Origin: Callorhinchus milii
Lineage: Eukaryota
NCBI RefSeq assembly: GCF_018977255.1
Contig: NW_024704742.1
Coordinates: forward strand, 63,304,001-63,368,000
Direction: 5' to 3'
Length of the DNA stretch: 64,000 nucleotides
Below, piece by piece: positions 1-12,610 of this stretch (position 1 is its first letter; each line of letters opens with the position of its first letter). Under the pieces are notes generated by a model. It searched no databases. It was given only the letters and a program-made list of their open reading frames with translations, and was not told where the DNA came from. The translations under genes were made by a program, and so were the position numbers.

Positions 1-238
1 CAAGGAATAGCACCTCATCTATCTGCTAGAGATCTTACAGCCCTCTGGCCTCAATGTTGATTTCAATAATTTCAGACCATAATAGCTCACCTTCCTTATC
101 CCCATTTTCTGTGACCATTACCACATCATCTGGGTCCCAGACACATCTTTTTTCTCTCTGATCTGCCTATTTTGTTGCAATTTCCCCCCCTCCCCCCTTG
201 TTTTTGTTTTGGATTTCCAGCATCTGCAGTATTTAGCA
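1..238 (+). mobile_element. Penelope-like element, 3' end
   Basis: Translates as KE*HLIYLLEILQPSGLNVDFNNFR, matching the end of the Penelope copy near 37410-37480. Ends in ggatttccagcatctgcagtatttagc. Confidence 0.75.
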
Positions 239-443
239 TTTTGTCAATATTGAGATACGTAACCAATTAATTTGAATTTGGGAGTATATTTTGATTTGTT
301 TTGTTTGGTCATTCACTTCAGGATTGTTTGTCACTTCATTGCTCATTGCTGTGGGCAAATTGACTGCCGAGTTCACCTGCAAATATGCAAGCACTAAACA
401 GTAACTCCTGTGAAGCAGTTTGAGACATTTCAATGGCAGAATT

Positions 444-510
444 ACATAGAATGATACATAGAATGATACATAGAATGGAACATGCTATTCAGTCCAACTA
501 GTCCATGCAA
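444..510 (-). mobile_element. CR1 LINE 3' tail fragment
   Basis: Tandem catagaatga-type tail repeats followed by attcagtccaactagtccatg. Confidence 0.45.
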
Positions 511-529
511 GTGTTTATATGTTATAGGT

Positions 530-595
530 CTCAAGCACTCTGAGACTCCACCCGGTGTGGAGGGTGCTATATAAATGCAAGTTGTTGTTGTTGTT
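530..595 (+). mobile_element. L2 LINE 3' tail
   Basis: ctctgagac...gtggagggtgctatataaatgcaagttgttgttg, the same terminus as longer L2 copies here. Confidence 0.75.
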
Positions 596-1219
596 ACTCA
601 ATAATATGATACTGTGCTGTATGAAATGCAAGGATTATTATTATAAAATGACAAGTGGCTTTGATAGAGTAAATTTGACTTTTTAGTTAAACAAATCTGT
701 ACGAAAATATGTATTACTATAAACTTCACTATTACAAGCTCTGTAATTTCAGTGCTAGTTATGCCATTATATCTTACATTTTCACAACAAATTTATTTCT
801 ATGATGGGAAAAGGATTGATTTCATAGAGAATTGTAATACACCAAAACTCTGCATGGATTCCAATAATTAGATTTCAGTCAAACATTGTTTTCAGCATCT
901 TTTTAGTTTGGCTTTGAAACAATCTATTTTACAAGAATGAAGTAAAGATGCCCACAGCTTGCAGTTAATAGAAGCATTATATTACCCATGTTGGTTCACC
1001 TGAGGGAATTTCAGTCTTGGATCAAATCCTTTCATTCATTTAGTGCTTAGGGCTTGCAACCATAATTAGTACATAAGCCAAGCAACCAGTGGGCAAAGAG
1101 ACAAGTACAAAGAAATACAAAGAATGAACTGTTCCAATCAGGTTACAAGTTACAGTTTTGTTTGGCTCAGTCTGTTCATACCCACTCCAATGCCTACTCC
1201 CTTCATTCAGCAGATACAG

Positions 1220-1810
1220 GCCTGTTGCGTATCCGATTGGAACCATCAAGAGCCTAACACATAGTTTACCACGTCCAAGTTTGACTACGCCAACCCTCTG
1301 CTCATCGGACAACCCAAGTCTTCCCTATACATGCTGCAGACTATCCACAATGCTGCAACATGTGTCCTTTCCCACAAAGTCAACTTGTCAAATCTATTGT
1401 CCCCATTTTTGCCCGGCTCCATTGGCTCCATATCTCCCAGTAAATGAAGTTCAGGATCCTCATGTTTAACTTCTAATCCCTCCATAGTCGTGCCTTACCC
1501 TACCTCTGGACCTCCTCAAAATGTACCAACCTGACCATCCTCTTCGCTCATTGGCCACTGGCCTGCTTCATATTCCCAGCTTGTCCCTCCCACACTACTT
1601 TCTAGGTCTGTCCCAAGACTTTCCTCTTTGTACTTTTGGTCATCTTTCACCTTCCCACACAGTGGCATTCTTCTAATATTGTTCAAAGTTGTCTGCTGCA
1701 TTAGCCTGCAAAATATAGTTACTACCCTTCCAGTGGATCCTGTAAAATGCTTTGATACACCCTCTTTATGTGAAAGGCATTATATCAAATAAACTGATTA
1801 TTATTATTAC
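1220..1810 (+). mobile_element. Degenerate L2 3' fragment followed by a SINE-type (TTA)n tail
   Basis: Remnants of SRLDYxN and LHWLP coding motifs; ends in tatatcaaat...gattattattattac. Confidence 0.55.
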
Positions 1811-2180
1811 AGTTTTAATCACTCTGTAGCGATAACTTCTTAATGGTTTTCAGTGATGGGCCAGCCAGATCAATAACACTGCCACTTTAGATGATATATT
1901 ACAAGAATAGATGTTACTTTTCTTAATATATTTGAGCTTCTTAAAATAGCTTCTTTTTGCAGGAGGTTGATATTTTGTTCACCAGGTATTTTGTCAAACC
2001 ATTTTTGTATAGTCTTATCAACAGTCCGAGTTGCACCGATGATTATGGGAACTAAGTTTGTTTTACATTGCCTCATATATCCGCATTCAATTTGTAGATC
2101 AATATGTCTACAGATTTTCTCTAGTTCCTTATTTTTCACATTGTAATCACTTGGGCTAGCCACAGCAATAATACTATATT
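1811..2180 (-). mobile_element. R4/Dong-clade non-LTR retrotransposon, 5'-truncated (restriction-like endonuclease C-terminus and 3' UTR)
   Basis: ORF 1870-2163 reads VASPSDYNVKNKELEKI...DLQIE...VPIIIGATRTV...NLLQKEAILRSSNILRKV. TAA repeats flank both sides. Confidence 0.75.
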
Positions 2181-2929
2181 ATTACTATGGTTATTATTAT
2201 TATCCCAGAGCCTTGGCACATCCTCCCGACATAAAAGACACTGTACAAATGTAATTTTGTATTGTGTTATTATTACTATATTATTATTATCATATAATTA
2301 TTGTTATTATTATTAAGTCGGCACTTGTTCTCACTACTTTGCCTTAGCAAACTCTAATTGTTTTCCATTAAACAGATCTAACCAGAAAATGTTATATCAT
2401 TTCTTATTCTGTGTTGCTGGCTCAAGTACCTAATGCCTTACATCCAAGGTGACTCCTCCACCTTTGCTGTTCTTCCAATCTTTCCTGAATGCCCTGAAAT
2501 CTTATAAGCCTATTCGCTCCCATTATCTAGGTTCAACCATCTGTCTATGATTCAGAAGAAAATAAATTTGGCTCAATTCAGGCTAGTTTGGATCTTAAGA
2601 CATTTTCAATGGACAGTCTCATTAAGAATAATGGAAGTTCTCATTTTAGTGTAATTTTGTGCAGATGTAACATAATTTTTTGGCACCCCAGCAAAAGTAG
2701 TTAGTGTGATGATTAGAGCCCTTCAAAAAGAGCTGAATAAATGTCTGTTTGAGAATCAATTTGAAGGTCACAGGGATATGTGCAACCAGAGATGATTATG
2801 TGCAGCACAGGATATTGTGGGTCCTGTGATGCTGACGAGAATGGGAGAAAGGATGTGATCCATGACTGGAACTGACTTTTCCTGGCTCATTTGCCTCCTG
2901 AAATTTGCCTACAAAAAAATTGCAATCTT

Positions 2930-3430
2930 TCCACATCTTCCTACCACAGTACCAGTCCCTGAGCAAGGCTGCTTTCCTCCACCTCATTGCTTGCTTCCGA
3001 CCGTACCTCACAACCGACACAGGTGAAACCCTTATTCACGCGTTCGTCATAACGTTTACAATGACCTCCTTGCTGGTACAAAAATTCAACTGATTCAAAA
3101 TTCCACCACCCATATCCTCACCCTTACCAAAATCTATACCTCCATTACTCCAGTCCTTGCCAGGCATTGGCTCCCTATTGCGGAATGGATCGATTTCAAG
3201 GTCTTCACAATTACAAATCAATTCATGCCCCATATCTACGACCTGTTTATGATCCATTCTCACCCCCTTCATCAGCTGGCTCCAGGCTTCTACATGTGCC
3301 TCGTCCCAACTGCTCCACCGTCGGTGACCATGCTTTCAGCCACTTTGCCCCCAAACTCTGAACATTTTTCCCTTAAACCATCCACCTTGCCATCTCTTTG
3401 TCCGTTTTCAGATTGCATCTGAAACGCTAC
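2930..3430 (+). mobile_element. L2 LINE 3' ORF2 fragment
   Basis: ETLIHAFV and TVGDHAFSHFAPKL motifs. Confidence 0.75.
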
Positions 3431-3562
3431 TGCATAAGGATTATTAATTGAACTCAGTCTTAACCCATAAAACAATTTTGTCTTATACTTTAATATAGTG
3501 CAGAATTGTGGTTAATTCATAAATCATCTTAATTTTCGAGACAATTCCTTTTAAGACCATTT

Positions 3563-3840
3563 ATAATAATAATAATCTTTGCATTTGATATAGCGCTTTT
3601 CACATCTTCTAGACATCTCAAAGCGCTTCACAGAATAGACTGTAAAGGGAATTGATTGTATATTTGTGGGCGAAATGTGGCAGCCTATTGTGCACAGCAG
3701 TGTCCCACAAACAGTCATGGATTGAAGTGACCAATTTATTATTGTTTTTTTTCTTGAGGATTATCAGGCATGTGGAGGAAGGAAACTTGCCCAAGGTTTC
3801 ATCCTGCTGGGAATCGAACCCAGGTCTCTCGCGTGCAATG
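3563..3840 (-). mobile_element. tRNA-derived SINE, young family
   Basis: B-box (gaatcgaaccc on +), shared SINE body, (TAA)n at the left end. Confidence 0.8.
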
Positions 3841-3849
3841 TTTATGGAA

Positions 3850-3996
3850 TATTACTGTGCACAATTGGCTGCCCCATTTCTCCCATAATATATACAGTCA
3901 TTTGACTTTACAGTATATTCTGTGAAGCACTTTGAGATGTCTCAATGACATGATAAGGTGCTATATCAAATGCAAGGATGATTATTATTATTATTA
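3850..3996 (+). mobile_element. SINE 3' half
   Basis: tgtgcacaattggctgcc...ctatatcaaatgcaagga followed by (tta)n. Confidence 0.8.
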
Positions 3997-4009
3997 AGTA
4001 TTGGGCCAA

Positions 4010-4230
4010 AGCAGCTTTCAAATTAGGACCAAATTTAAGAATTTTCCACAATGCTGTGCAATCTGAAATGTCACAGATAAAATAGTATGACAAGCCTGCA
4101 CTACATCGAGCTTTGGACCTACAATTAGCTAGAAAATCCACCAGGGTTTTGGTTTGTTCTACCAAAAATTTCCAGAGCCTCTAGATTTCGTCAAATTCTT
4201 AAATAAAGTCTTTAATGTTGAAGATGTTGC
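4010..4230. repeat. Fragment of the AT-rich foldback element family
   Basis: cagctttcaaattaggacc and gtctttaatgttgaaga resemble the two inner arms of 54672-55245. Confidence 0.45.
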
Positions 4231-4281
4231 TGTGTAATGTGTTTTGGGGGAGGCTTCATGAAACAGGATTCAGAGTTCAGA

Positions 4282-4582
4282 TTTTTTTTTGGTCAGCCAG
4301 GTGTCTGACCAAAAAACCCATCACCATGCTTATGAGTGTCCAAACCAAATTGAGAATTCCATGTATCTCACCTCTACATAGAAATTCCAGAGATGTTTTT
4401 TGAAATGGAATGCACACTCTCTTCCTTGAGAGAATCATCATGCTTATCTAATTCCAGAAAGTATTAAGTGTAGATTGACACGAGTCAAAGCTTGAGGACC
4501 CCAGAATGTGTGTTGGGTTACTGTGGAGTGTAACCAGCTAAAATTGCATAGCAATTGATATGACTGTCAGACAAGCTTTCCT
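4282..4582 (-). repeat. Unclassified A-tailed interspersed repeat (family U)
   Basis: Starts ttttttttggtcagccaggtgtctgac; reverse complement of 51850-52150. Confidence 0.75.
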
Positions 4583-5032
4583 CCTGCACCGTAGCTGGAC
4601 AAGCAGCTTCAGCTTGCAGTTAAGACCGAATTCAACAATTTGCCAAATTCTGTACACTCTGCTATGCTGCATTAATAAAGTAGATCTAGACCCAGGTGGG
4701 ATTGAAGCCTGCAACCTTTTCATTCAGTATGGGATACAGCTGCACCAAACAGCTGTAACGCTTTTTCAGATGTTTCAACTTCATCAAGCACCATAATTTA
4801 TGAACATCTTTCGTTACACACTTGGCCAGTGGGGAATCTACTGTGCACAAGGCTTCAGTGCTCTTTGCTAGGCATCAGATAGTCCTAGAGGACCACATAC
4901 AAAACACTGGACAAAATGGTAAAATTACGTGAATTTCACTGTTTAGCCTTAAATATAAAGGTGACAATTGAGAGACATGATACAATAATCATCACAATAT
5001 TGAAACTTGCTGTCAAGGTCAATCCTTTAGTT

Positions 5033-5445
5033 GTCAGCCTGGCTCTGTTAGTAGCGCTTTCACCTTTGAGTCAAAAGGTTGTTGGTTCAAACCCCACATG
5101 AGGACTTTGAACTCACAATCTAGGCTGACACTCCAATGCAGTAATGGGGTGTGCTGCATTGTTGGACGTATCATCTTTCGGATGAGGCATTAAACCAAGG
5201 TATTGTCTGCTTGTTCAGGAGTTCATTAAAAATCCCAATGCATGATTTGAAAAAAGGGAGTTTTCCCAGTGCTCTGGCAACATTCCCCCAAATATAATTG
5301 GTCACTCACTTCATGGCTGTTTGTGGGACATTGCTATGCATAAATTGGCTGGTGTGTTCGCCTAAAATCCAGTAAAATCCTTCGAAATGCTTTGAGAAAT
5401 CTCAGCAAGCTGATACGGTACTATATCAAATATGCAAGAATATTT
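5033..5445 (+). mobile_element. DeuSINE (SacSINE1/AmnSINE1-like)
   Basis: tRNA-like head (ggttcaaacccca), Deu core (aatctaggctgacactcc...tctttcggatgagg..ttaaacc...gctgtttgtggga), L2-type tail. Confidence 0.8.
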
Positions 5446-6529
5446 ACTCTTAATCCAAAATCCTTAACTGGCTGATGGGTCTGACTTCCAATGCTCCATT
5501 TTATGACTAGCAACTCCCATGGCAGCCGTTGGTAGCTTCAGGACAATGAATTAATTGTCAACCAGCCTCCATCCCAATGTTTAATAAAGTGATAATTATT
5601 ACTGGTGATAATTGTCACATCAAGTCTCACTCAGAATGTTCACCTCACAGCATAGTCAGGCTGACAAAATGTGTCACTGCTTCCAGTAACTATATTTCTT
5701 ACCTAAGTAAATTGCATATCTTTGCTATTTAAGCCCAGCAAGTTGTTTCTTTACATAGACCATTCCCATGACAGATCTGTGACAGATAGCAGGCCAAGGT
5801 AAAATTCACCTCTCAGAGCATGAAAAACTCTGAATGCATCTAGGTAAGCTTACAGCTACAATTGGTAATTATCTAAGGTTGACTCACACTGTAACTTTTG
5901 CGATAGGGTTCAGCTCATTTTTGTGAATTGGTGTAGAGTAAAACCACTTGAGTATATCTATAATTGGTGCATGAACCAGGTAATAGGTATGTTCTGAGAT
6001 GTTATTGCAAGCCAATCACAGTTTGCAATACTTAATTGAAGGAATTGCTGCAAGCTTTAGCTGCCACAATCATGTTAAAGGACAATGTCATGATATTTTT
6101 TGCTGCTGATAAACTTGTAAGGACATTCAGCATTATATTAAGGTGTCCTGTGTTCCACTGAGCAAACCTGTTGGTGCAGAAATCTCCCCTCATTCTAAGT
6201 CAATGTGACAATTCCCTGAACTCTTAAAATGCATTAAATTTCTGCATCTTAGTAGGTCCTCCTATCCTTCTTCCAGACTCTGCCTAGGAATTTATTTTCG
6301 TGAGAAGCAGGAAGTTTGTTTCACTCATGTATTACTTTCGGAGTACTTTTGTTTAATCAGATAAAGTAAGATCAGAAACTATATGTGTTACCAATGAAAA
6401 CGCAGGTGTTATCTGCCAATTTTTCCAAGTCAAACCGTTATTCTGATTGGCATTGTGATTCCTGAATCCTCTTACTAAAAATCAGACCATTGGTGTTTCA
6501 CCAGCAAAAGCACTTCCAACATAAACAAT

Positions 6530-7020
6530 GTTCATATAAACTTACAGAAGGAGGCTATTCCGTCCATCAAGTCTGCACCAGCTCTCAGAACAAGATATTC
6601 ATTCAATCTCTGCCCTGGGTATCCCCATTCTCCTTCAATCCCGCATTCTTTACATACTTGTTACTTCCCTCTTGAAACCCACAATGGACTCTGCTTCTAC
6701 CACTTCACTAGGCAGGGTATTCCACAACATTGCACAATTAAAATATTTATCCTAAGTTCACCTATCACTATCCTTGTGACTATTTTATATCTATGTACCG
6801 TAGTCACTATCAGTGAAAGCAGTTCTTCATATTTACCCTATCAAAATCCTTCATAATTATGTGCACCTCTATCAAGAGCACTCTCAGTGTATTTTTGCTC
6901 CAGTGACTATAGACCCAAGTTCTCCATCTCTCCTCATAACTAAAGGCCCTCATCCCTGGTATCATCCTTGTAAATCTTTCCTATCTAAAAACCTTGGTAT
7001 GGCAAACAGGCTCTTGAAAT
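6530..7020 (-). mobile_element. Degenerate CR1 LINE 3' fragment
   Basis: gaaggaggctattc...ccatcaagtctgcaccagctctc and tctgcttctaccac...caggg..ttcca motifs. Confidence 0.55.
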
Positions 7021-7384
7021 GTCAGTTCTGACAGCTCTGGTTACTCTGGTTGAACACTAATTGTCCACACAGGTTTGCTTTTACCTCCCTGACCACTGCA
7101 CAGCCATCCAGCAAATCTCCCTTCATCCTACAGTCTGACTTGACTTTTACACTGGGTTGCTCTGAAGCTTGTCATGCCTTTGTTTGACTTTGATTTTCTT
7201 TTCCATTCTCCTGTGATGCTGCCATCATCTCTCTTCTCCAACTGTGTCTCCTTGATATTCTTTGACAGTCCTGATCTGACTCCAAGAGAAGTTTTAAAGC
7301 GCTTCACAGGATTATAGTTTAAAGTGGTGTTACGTTGTGTATTTTGAGCAAACAGCCATGGAGTAAGTGACCAATTTTATTTTG

Positions 7385-8075
7385 GGAATTGAATTAGCAG
7401 AGTGCTGTCCCACTGAGGTGGATGAGAGAGGTGATGGAGGAGGATGGCACGGTCAACTGTTTTGAAGGCAAGAGAGAGGATAAAGAGGAAGAGGGAACCC
7501 TAGTCGCTGAGAGTGAACGAGAGAGTGAGACAGTTCCAAACCCTTAATTTGTATCTCCATAATATGGCTCACTCCCTCTTCACAAAGTGTATTGGGTGGC
7601 CTCTGTAATCAATTCTCAATAATGTCTGCATCAAAAACTTTATAACAACAACAAAATTACATTTGTATAGTGCCTTTCACATTGGAAGGACATCCCAAGG
7701 CACTGGACAATCAGTGTTTTCTCTCACTCTCTCTCTCTCTTGTCTCTGTAACGTTGACAAGGTTGTGTCAGATCAATCTGGTTTCCCCCCTACCTACAGT
7801 AATGTATTTCTTTCATGCCACAATAGGGACATTCCCAATTTGTGCACATATCAGCCTCTCCACTGAACACCAAAACAGTGAGAGGATACAACAACAACAA
7901 CTTGCACTTGTATAGCGCCGCCCCCCCTCCCCCATGCAGAGTAGCGTCTCAGAGCACTTAACAGTGGCAGAGCCTGACTCCAAGCCGGGGAAATGGAGGT
8001 GACTGTAAGCATGGTCAAAGAGGAAGATTTTCACGCTGGACTTGAAAAAGGGGAGAGCGGGCACAAGTCGGAGGG
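7385..8075 (-). mobile_element. Cluster of L2 fragments (RT piece ~7385-7515; tails ~7643-7710 and ~7886-8075)
   Basis: Antisense [11 protein letters not shown] motif; caacaacaac-ttgca tails. Confidence 0.65.
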
Positions 8076-8255
8076 GATGAGGTTGATTAACCTTGCTTAA
8101 TCAATCTGCAACAATTTCCAAAAGATATTTTCAGGTGAACTATTTCACTGAAGCATTTAAATGCACTACATGCACTGCAGCTCTGTGACTTCTTTGTGCT
8201 GCTCACTCATTCAAGTTAAAGTTCTCAAGTTAAACATGAGACATTTAGGAACAGG

Positions 8256-8860
8256 AGGATAATCCTTGCATTTGATATACAACAACAACAAATTGTTGAT
8301 ACAGCAACTTTCACATCAGAAGGACATCTCAAAGCGCTTGATGGGATTCACTTTGCATGATTTATGCTAAAGTGTAGTGACTGTGTATCTTGCAGGAGAA
8401 CATAACAACCAATTTGCACATAGCAATATCCTACAAATAACCATGAAGTGACAGGTCCATTTTATCTGGGGGATTGATGGCCAGGACATTGGGAGGAACT
8501 CCCTTTTCTTGTTGGATAGTACCATGGGATCTTTAACATCCATCCAAACAGACAGATGCAAACTTGTTTTAATGTCTCAAGGTCTGGACTTCCAAAAATG
8601 CAGTGCTCTCCCAGCACTGGGGTGTCAACTTATGAGTTACTAGTCCTGATGTAACTTAAAAAATAATATCCCAGGATTCAGTATATAGTTTGGGACATGA
8701 CGTGTCAAGCGACTGCCAGAATGGTGGAAGGCGAATTAGATGGACCTTGGTCTTCTTTCGTCTAGCAAATTCTTATGTTATTTTGTTCTTATGATGTGAG
8801 GCTTGAACCCACAAGCTTCTGGTCTAAGTGGCAAAAGTGCTACCCAACTGAGCTACGCTG
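8256..8860 (-). mobile_element. DeuSINE interrupted by a CR1 tail
   Basis: Deu core antisense (ccatgggatctttaacatccatc); head gcttgaacccacaagcttctg...actgagcta. Confidence 0.7.
8662..8793 (+). mobile_element. CR1 LINE 3' tail
   Basis: Reverse complement of 36690-36815; ends in ttcttatg repeats. Confidence 0.75.
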
Positions 8861-9228
8861 AACATGAGAGAGGAGTAATCGCCACTGGTCACAAAACAAC
8901 AAATTGAGGACTGGTAGGCTTCATGTTTGGCCCCTCATTTTAAAAAAAATGTCATTTCAATTCTTGGCACCTAATTTAAATGTCTACAAAATATACAGTC
9001 AATTTACCATATATTCTGTGAAGCGCTTTGAGATGTCTCAACAACGTATATCAAATGCAAAGATTATTATTATTCTATTAAGTGAGATGGGAAGACAAGT
9101 GGGACTTTCCTTAGGTTTCATCCTGATCAGGATTGCGATCACAAAGGGAAATCTTTGCCGTGAATTTGAGGCCGTCACTGGAGGCACCCGGAGCCTGCGC
9201 TAGATGATTGAGCTGAAATAATAGCTCT

Positions 9229-9258
9229 TCACACACATACACACACACACACACACAC
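9229..9258. repeat. (CA)n microsatellite
   Basis: Seen directly. Confidence 0.9.
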
Positions 9259-9914
9259 CACTCCTGCATAATAATTCACACTAAAAATAAAACGACATTC
9301 CTTCATCTCACATCCATCTTTTAATTTTGAATCATGAAATGGGCAAAACGTAGTCTGTGTGAATGTGACAGAACACCTCCTTTCTGCAAGTCAATGAGAG
9401 AAATCCGAGACTTGGATCCATCTAGTTGACAGGCTGTTTAACTTGATCCTGTGATAAAACACCAACCAGAAAACATTAATGGAGCATTTGTTCTCTAGGG
9501 TCCAATTGTGTCTCCACAGAGCCCACAGCAGTGATCATTTTTTCATTCTTCCCCGCTGCATTGCAAACTGGCACCAGCCCAGAACAACGCCTGATTGATT
9601 TTCTCACATCGGCTTGTTATGCACATGAGCTGGAATGCTGTGAGATCGATGACAGGATAAAAACAGACTTCTTTTTTATTAATCAAATCACAGATGCTTC
9701 TGTTATCGCTGGAAAGTGATTGAAGTACCATCTTCTCTAGTCTGCGTGGCACATTTTCTACTACAATTGTTTAACTCGAGATGAATGCACTGAAAGTTAC
9801 ATATGCAACAAGGGAAAAAGAATGAGCAAAGCCTCATATAAGCTTAGCTCACCTTGTAGCTGTGCTAGGTTAAAAGACTGTCTGGTACAATTGAAAATGC
9901 TGGCAAATACAAAA

Positions 9915-10335
9915 ATAATATCCTTGCATTCGCATATAGTGCCTTTCACTTCACGACGATATCTCAAAGCGCTTTATGGGGTTTACTGTAAAGATTAGTG
10001 ACTGTGACTATGTAGATAAAAGTGGCAGCCAATTTGCACACAACAATGTCCCACAAACAGCCAAGAAATGAATGACCAATTTTATCATAGGGGATTGTTG
10101 GCCTGGATACAAGGAGAATCTCCATTCTCTTTTTGAATAATGCTATGGGACCTTTAACATCCATCTGAACAGGCAATCAAGGCCTCAATTTAAAGTCTCA
10201 TCAAAGAGACAGCACCTGTGGCAATGCAGAGCTCTTCTGCACTGTACTGGAGTGTAGGCTATGAATTCAAAGTCATGACTTGAGGCCTGAACCCACAACC
10301 TGCTGCGAGAGTGTTACTAGCTTAACCAGGCTGAA
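9915..10335 (-). mobile_element. DeuSINE
   Basis: Full antisense tail, Deu core and head. Confidence 0.8.
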
Positions 10336-10445
10336 ACAATAGTTAGCGTCCTCCAGTTTCTGTTAATCCACCAGTCATAAACCAAATAGTTAAAATATTC
10401 CCTAAGAAAAGAACAAAAAGGAAACAATGAGCACATAGTGAGATA

Positions 10446-10925
10446 TTTTCTTTGATCAGCCAGGTATCTGACACACGGAAATCCATCACCATACTTGAGA
10501 GTGTTCAATTCAGACTAAAGTTTCTATATATCCATGCCAACCAAGCATGAATATTCTCTTTATCTGGAATGGAATGGAATTGAACGGAAAAAACTGAATC
10601 CCTGTAGGGACATATCCTGCTTTCCTGATTTCAGAAAGCATAAGATTACAGTTCTCCATCTTGAATGTCATGTAAAACTTTGCCTCGTCCACTGAGACGT
10701 GGAATGCAGATGGTTACACCTAATTTAACTAATTTCGGAGAGTTTAAGCGTGGGTTGGTAAGAGCCAAGGCTTGGGTACCCCGCAATGTGCATTGGAATA
10801 GTGCTGGAGGTTAACCAGCTAAAACCCCATAGCCTATCATTTCAAAGCACTGATAAGCTTTTCACTACTAGAACACTCTCCGTCTGTTAGGACTTTGGAT
10901 TGTCAGGAGCAAAGAACTGTTCTGC
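10446..10925 (-). repeat. Family U repeat with an internal ~130-bp insertion
   Basis: ttttctttgatcagccaggtatctgacac...aagagccaaggcttggg...aaccagctaaaacc. Confidence 0.7.
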
Positions 10926-11029
10926 TCTTGCAAGTCCTAACAATGAACCAGGCAGGTTGATCCATCATCAATTTTGCCCTGGAGGGTATCAGAGTATCAA
11001 TACCACCACAGTGTGCAAATCACTTCATG

Positions 11030-12250
11030 CCCTGACATCTATCTTCATCTCTTCACACTCCGCCTCCACTTCATCTTCACAAATGGCTTCTCCTCAAGCA
11101 CCCGCACCAACTCGTGAGGTGTTCATCAGTGCTTTGTCCTTGGTCCCCTCTGTTTCAATATCTATATGCTCCCTCTTGGTGATATCATCCGCAGACATGG
11201 GGTCAACGTCCAGATGCATGCGGATGACACCCAACTATCTCTCTGTCTCCACCTGACTCCAGAACCATTGCTGTCCTGACAGAATGTCTGTCAGACATCA
11301 AGTCCTGAATGAGAGCTAACTTTCTACAGCTGAATGTCAACAAGCCTGAGGCTCTCCTAGTTGGCTCCCACCAGCGCCTCCAAACCTCGGGCACTAACAG
11401 CATCACCATCCATGCCTTACTAAGACAGTCTGGAACCTTGGGGTCTAGTTTGACCCTCAACTGTCTTTTCTACCCCACATCCATACCATGACCTGCTCTG
11501 CCTTTCCCCACCTCGGAAACATCTCCCGGCTCAGCCATTGTCTCACACCACAGGCTGCTGAGACTCTCATACACGCATTTGTAACATCCAGGTTCAATTA
11601 CACAAGCTACCTGCTTATCAGCCTCCCCATCGCTTCCCTCCCTACATTGCAGATCATTCAGAACTCTCCAGCCCGTGTCCTCTCCCGCACTAACCTCCGC
11701 GACCCTATTAACCCCATCCTCGCCCAACACCATTGACTTCCCATCACACAGAGGATACAGTTCAAGATCCTGGTCCTCACTTTCAAAGCCTGCCATAGTC
11801 TTGCTCCCCCTACCTCTGCAACCACCTAACCTCTACCAATTTGCCCGCTCCCTCGGCTCAGCAGGCTCCAGCCTGCTTCATGTCCCTTGCCTCGCCTGCC
11901 CCGTCATTAGCAAGTGGTCCTTCTGCCACGCTGCCCCCATCCTCTGTGCTATACAAATGTAATCTTGTTGTTTTTCTCTCTGAGCTGCTTAAACCATACT
12001 CCTCTATGTTCCCTTCGCTCAGCTGGCTGAAGCCTTCTGCCTGTACCTTGACCCTCCACTCCACCATCAGCAGCCATGCTTTTAGCCACTACACCCTGAA
12101 TCTTTGGAACTCTCTACCCCAATCCTTCCATATTGACCCCGCCTAGCTTGTCTTCAATCACCTGAAGAATTTGCTCTTCGACATTGCCTATGGTCACCTC
12201 CCCTCTCTGACCGTACTCGGAGTCAAGTTCCACTACTGTTAAATATTCCA
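11030..12250 (+). mobile_element. L2 LINE (RT C-terminal half to 3' UTR), decayed
   Basis: ADDTQL remnant, ANFLQLNVNKPEALL and ETLIHAFVTSR motifs. Confidence 0.85.
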
Positions 12251-12369
12251 AGACAACAACAACAAAACTACATTCATATTGTGTCTTTCATGTCAGAAAG
12301 ACTTCCCATAATGCTTTTCACAAGAAGCTACACATTTGAAGGCGCTTTTTTTGTGCGCTTTTCTTCATC

Positions 12370-12610
12370 CACAAAATACATAGTCTCTACACTTTACAAT
12401 ATATTCTGTAAAGCTTTTTGAGATGACTTGAAGTTGTGATAAGGCACTATATCAAATGCAAGGATTATTATTATTATTTATAAATGTAAGTTGTAGTTCA
12501 TAGAATCATAGAATATTACAGCACATAAGGAGGTCATCCGGCTCACCATGCCTGTGCCAGCTCTTTGGAAGAGCTGCCCAATCAGTCTCACTCTCCTGAT
12601 CTTACCCCAT
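12370..12610. mobile_element. SINE tail (+, ~12370-12478) and CR1 tail (-, ~12498-12610)
   Basis: (tta)n tail; catagaatcatagaat...acagcaca.aaggaggtcat. Confidence 0.65.

Noticed and set aside
100..238. Hammerhead ribozyme expected in the Penelope terminal region
   Set aside because: No CTGANGA...GAAA core is visible here.
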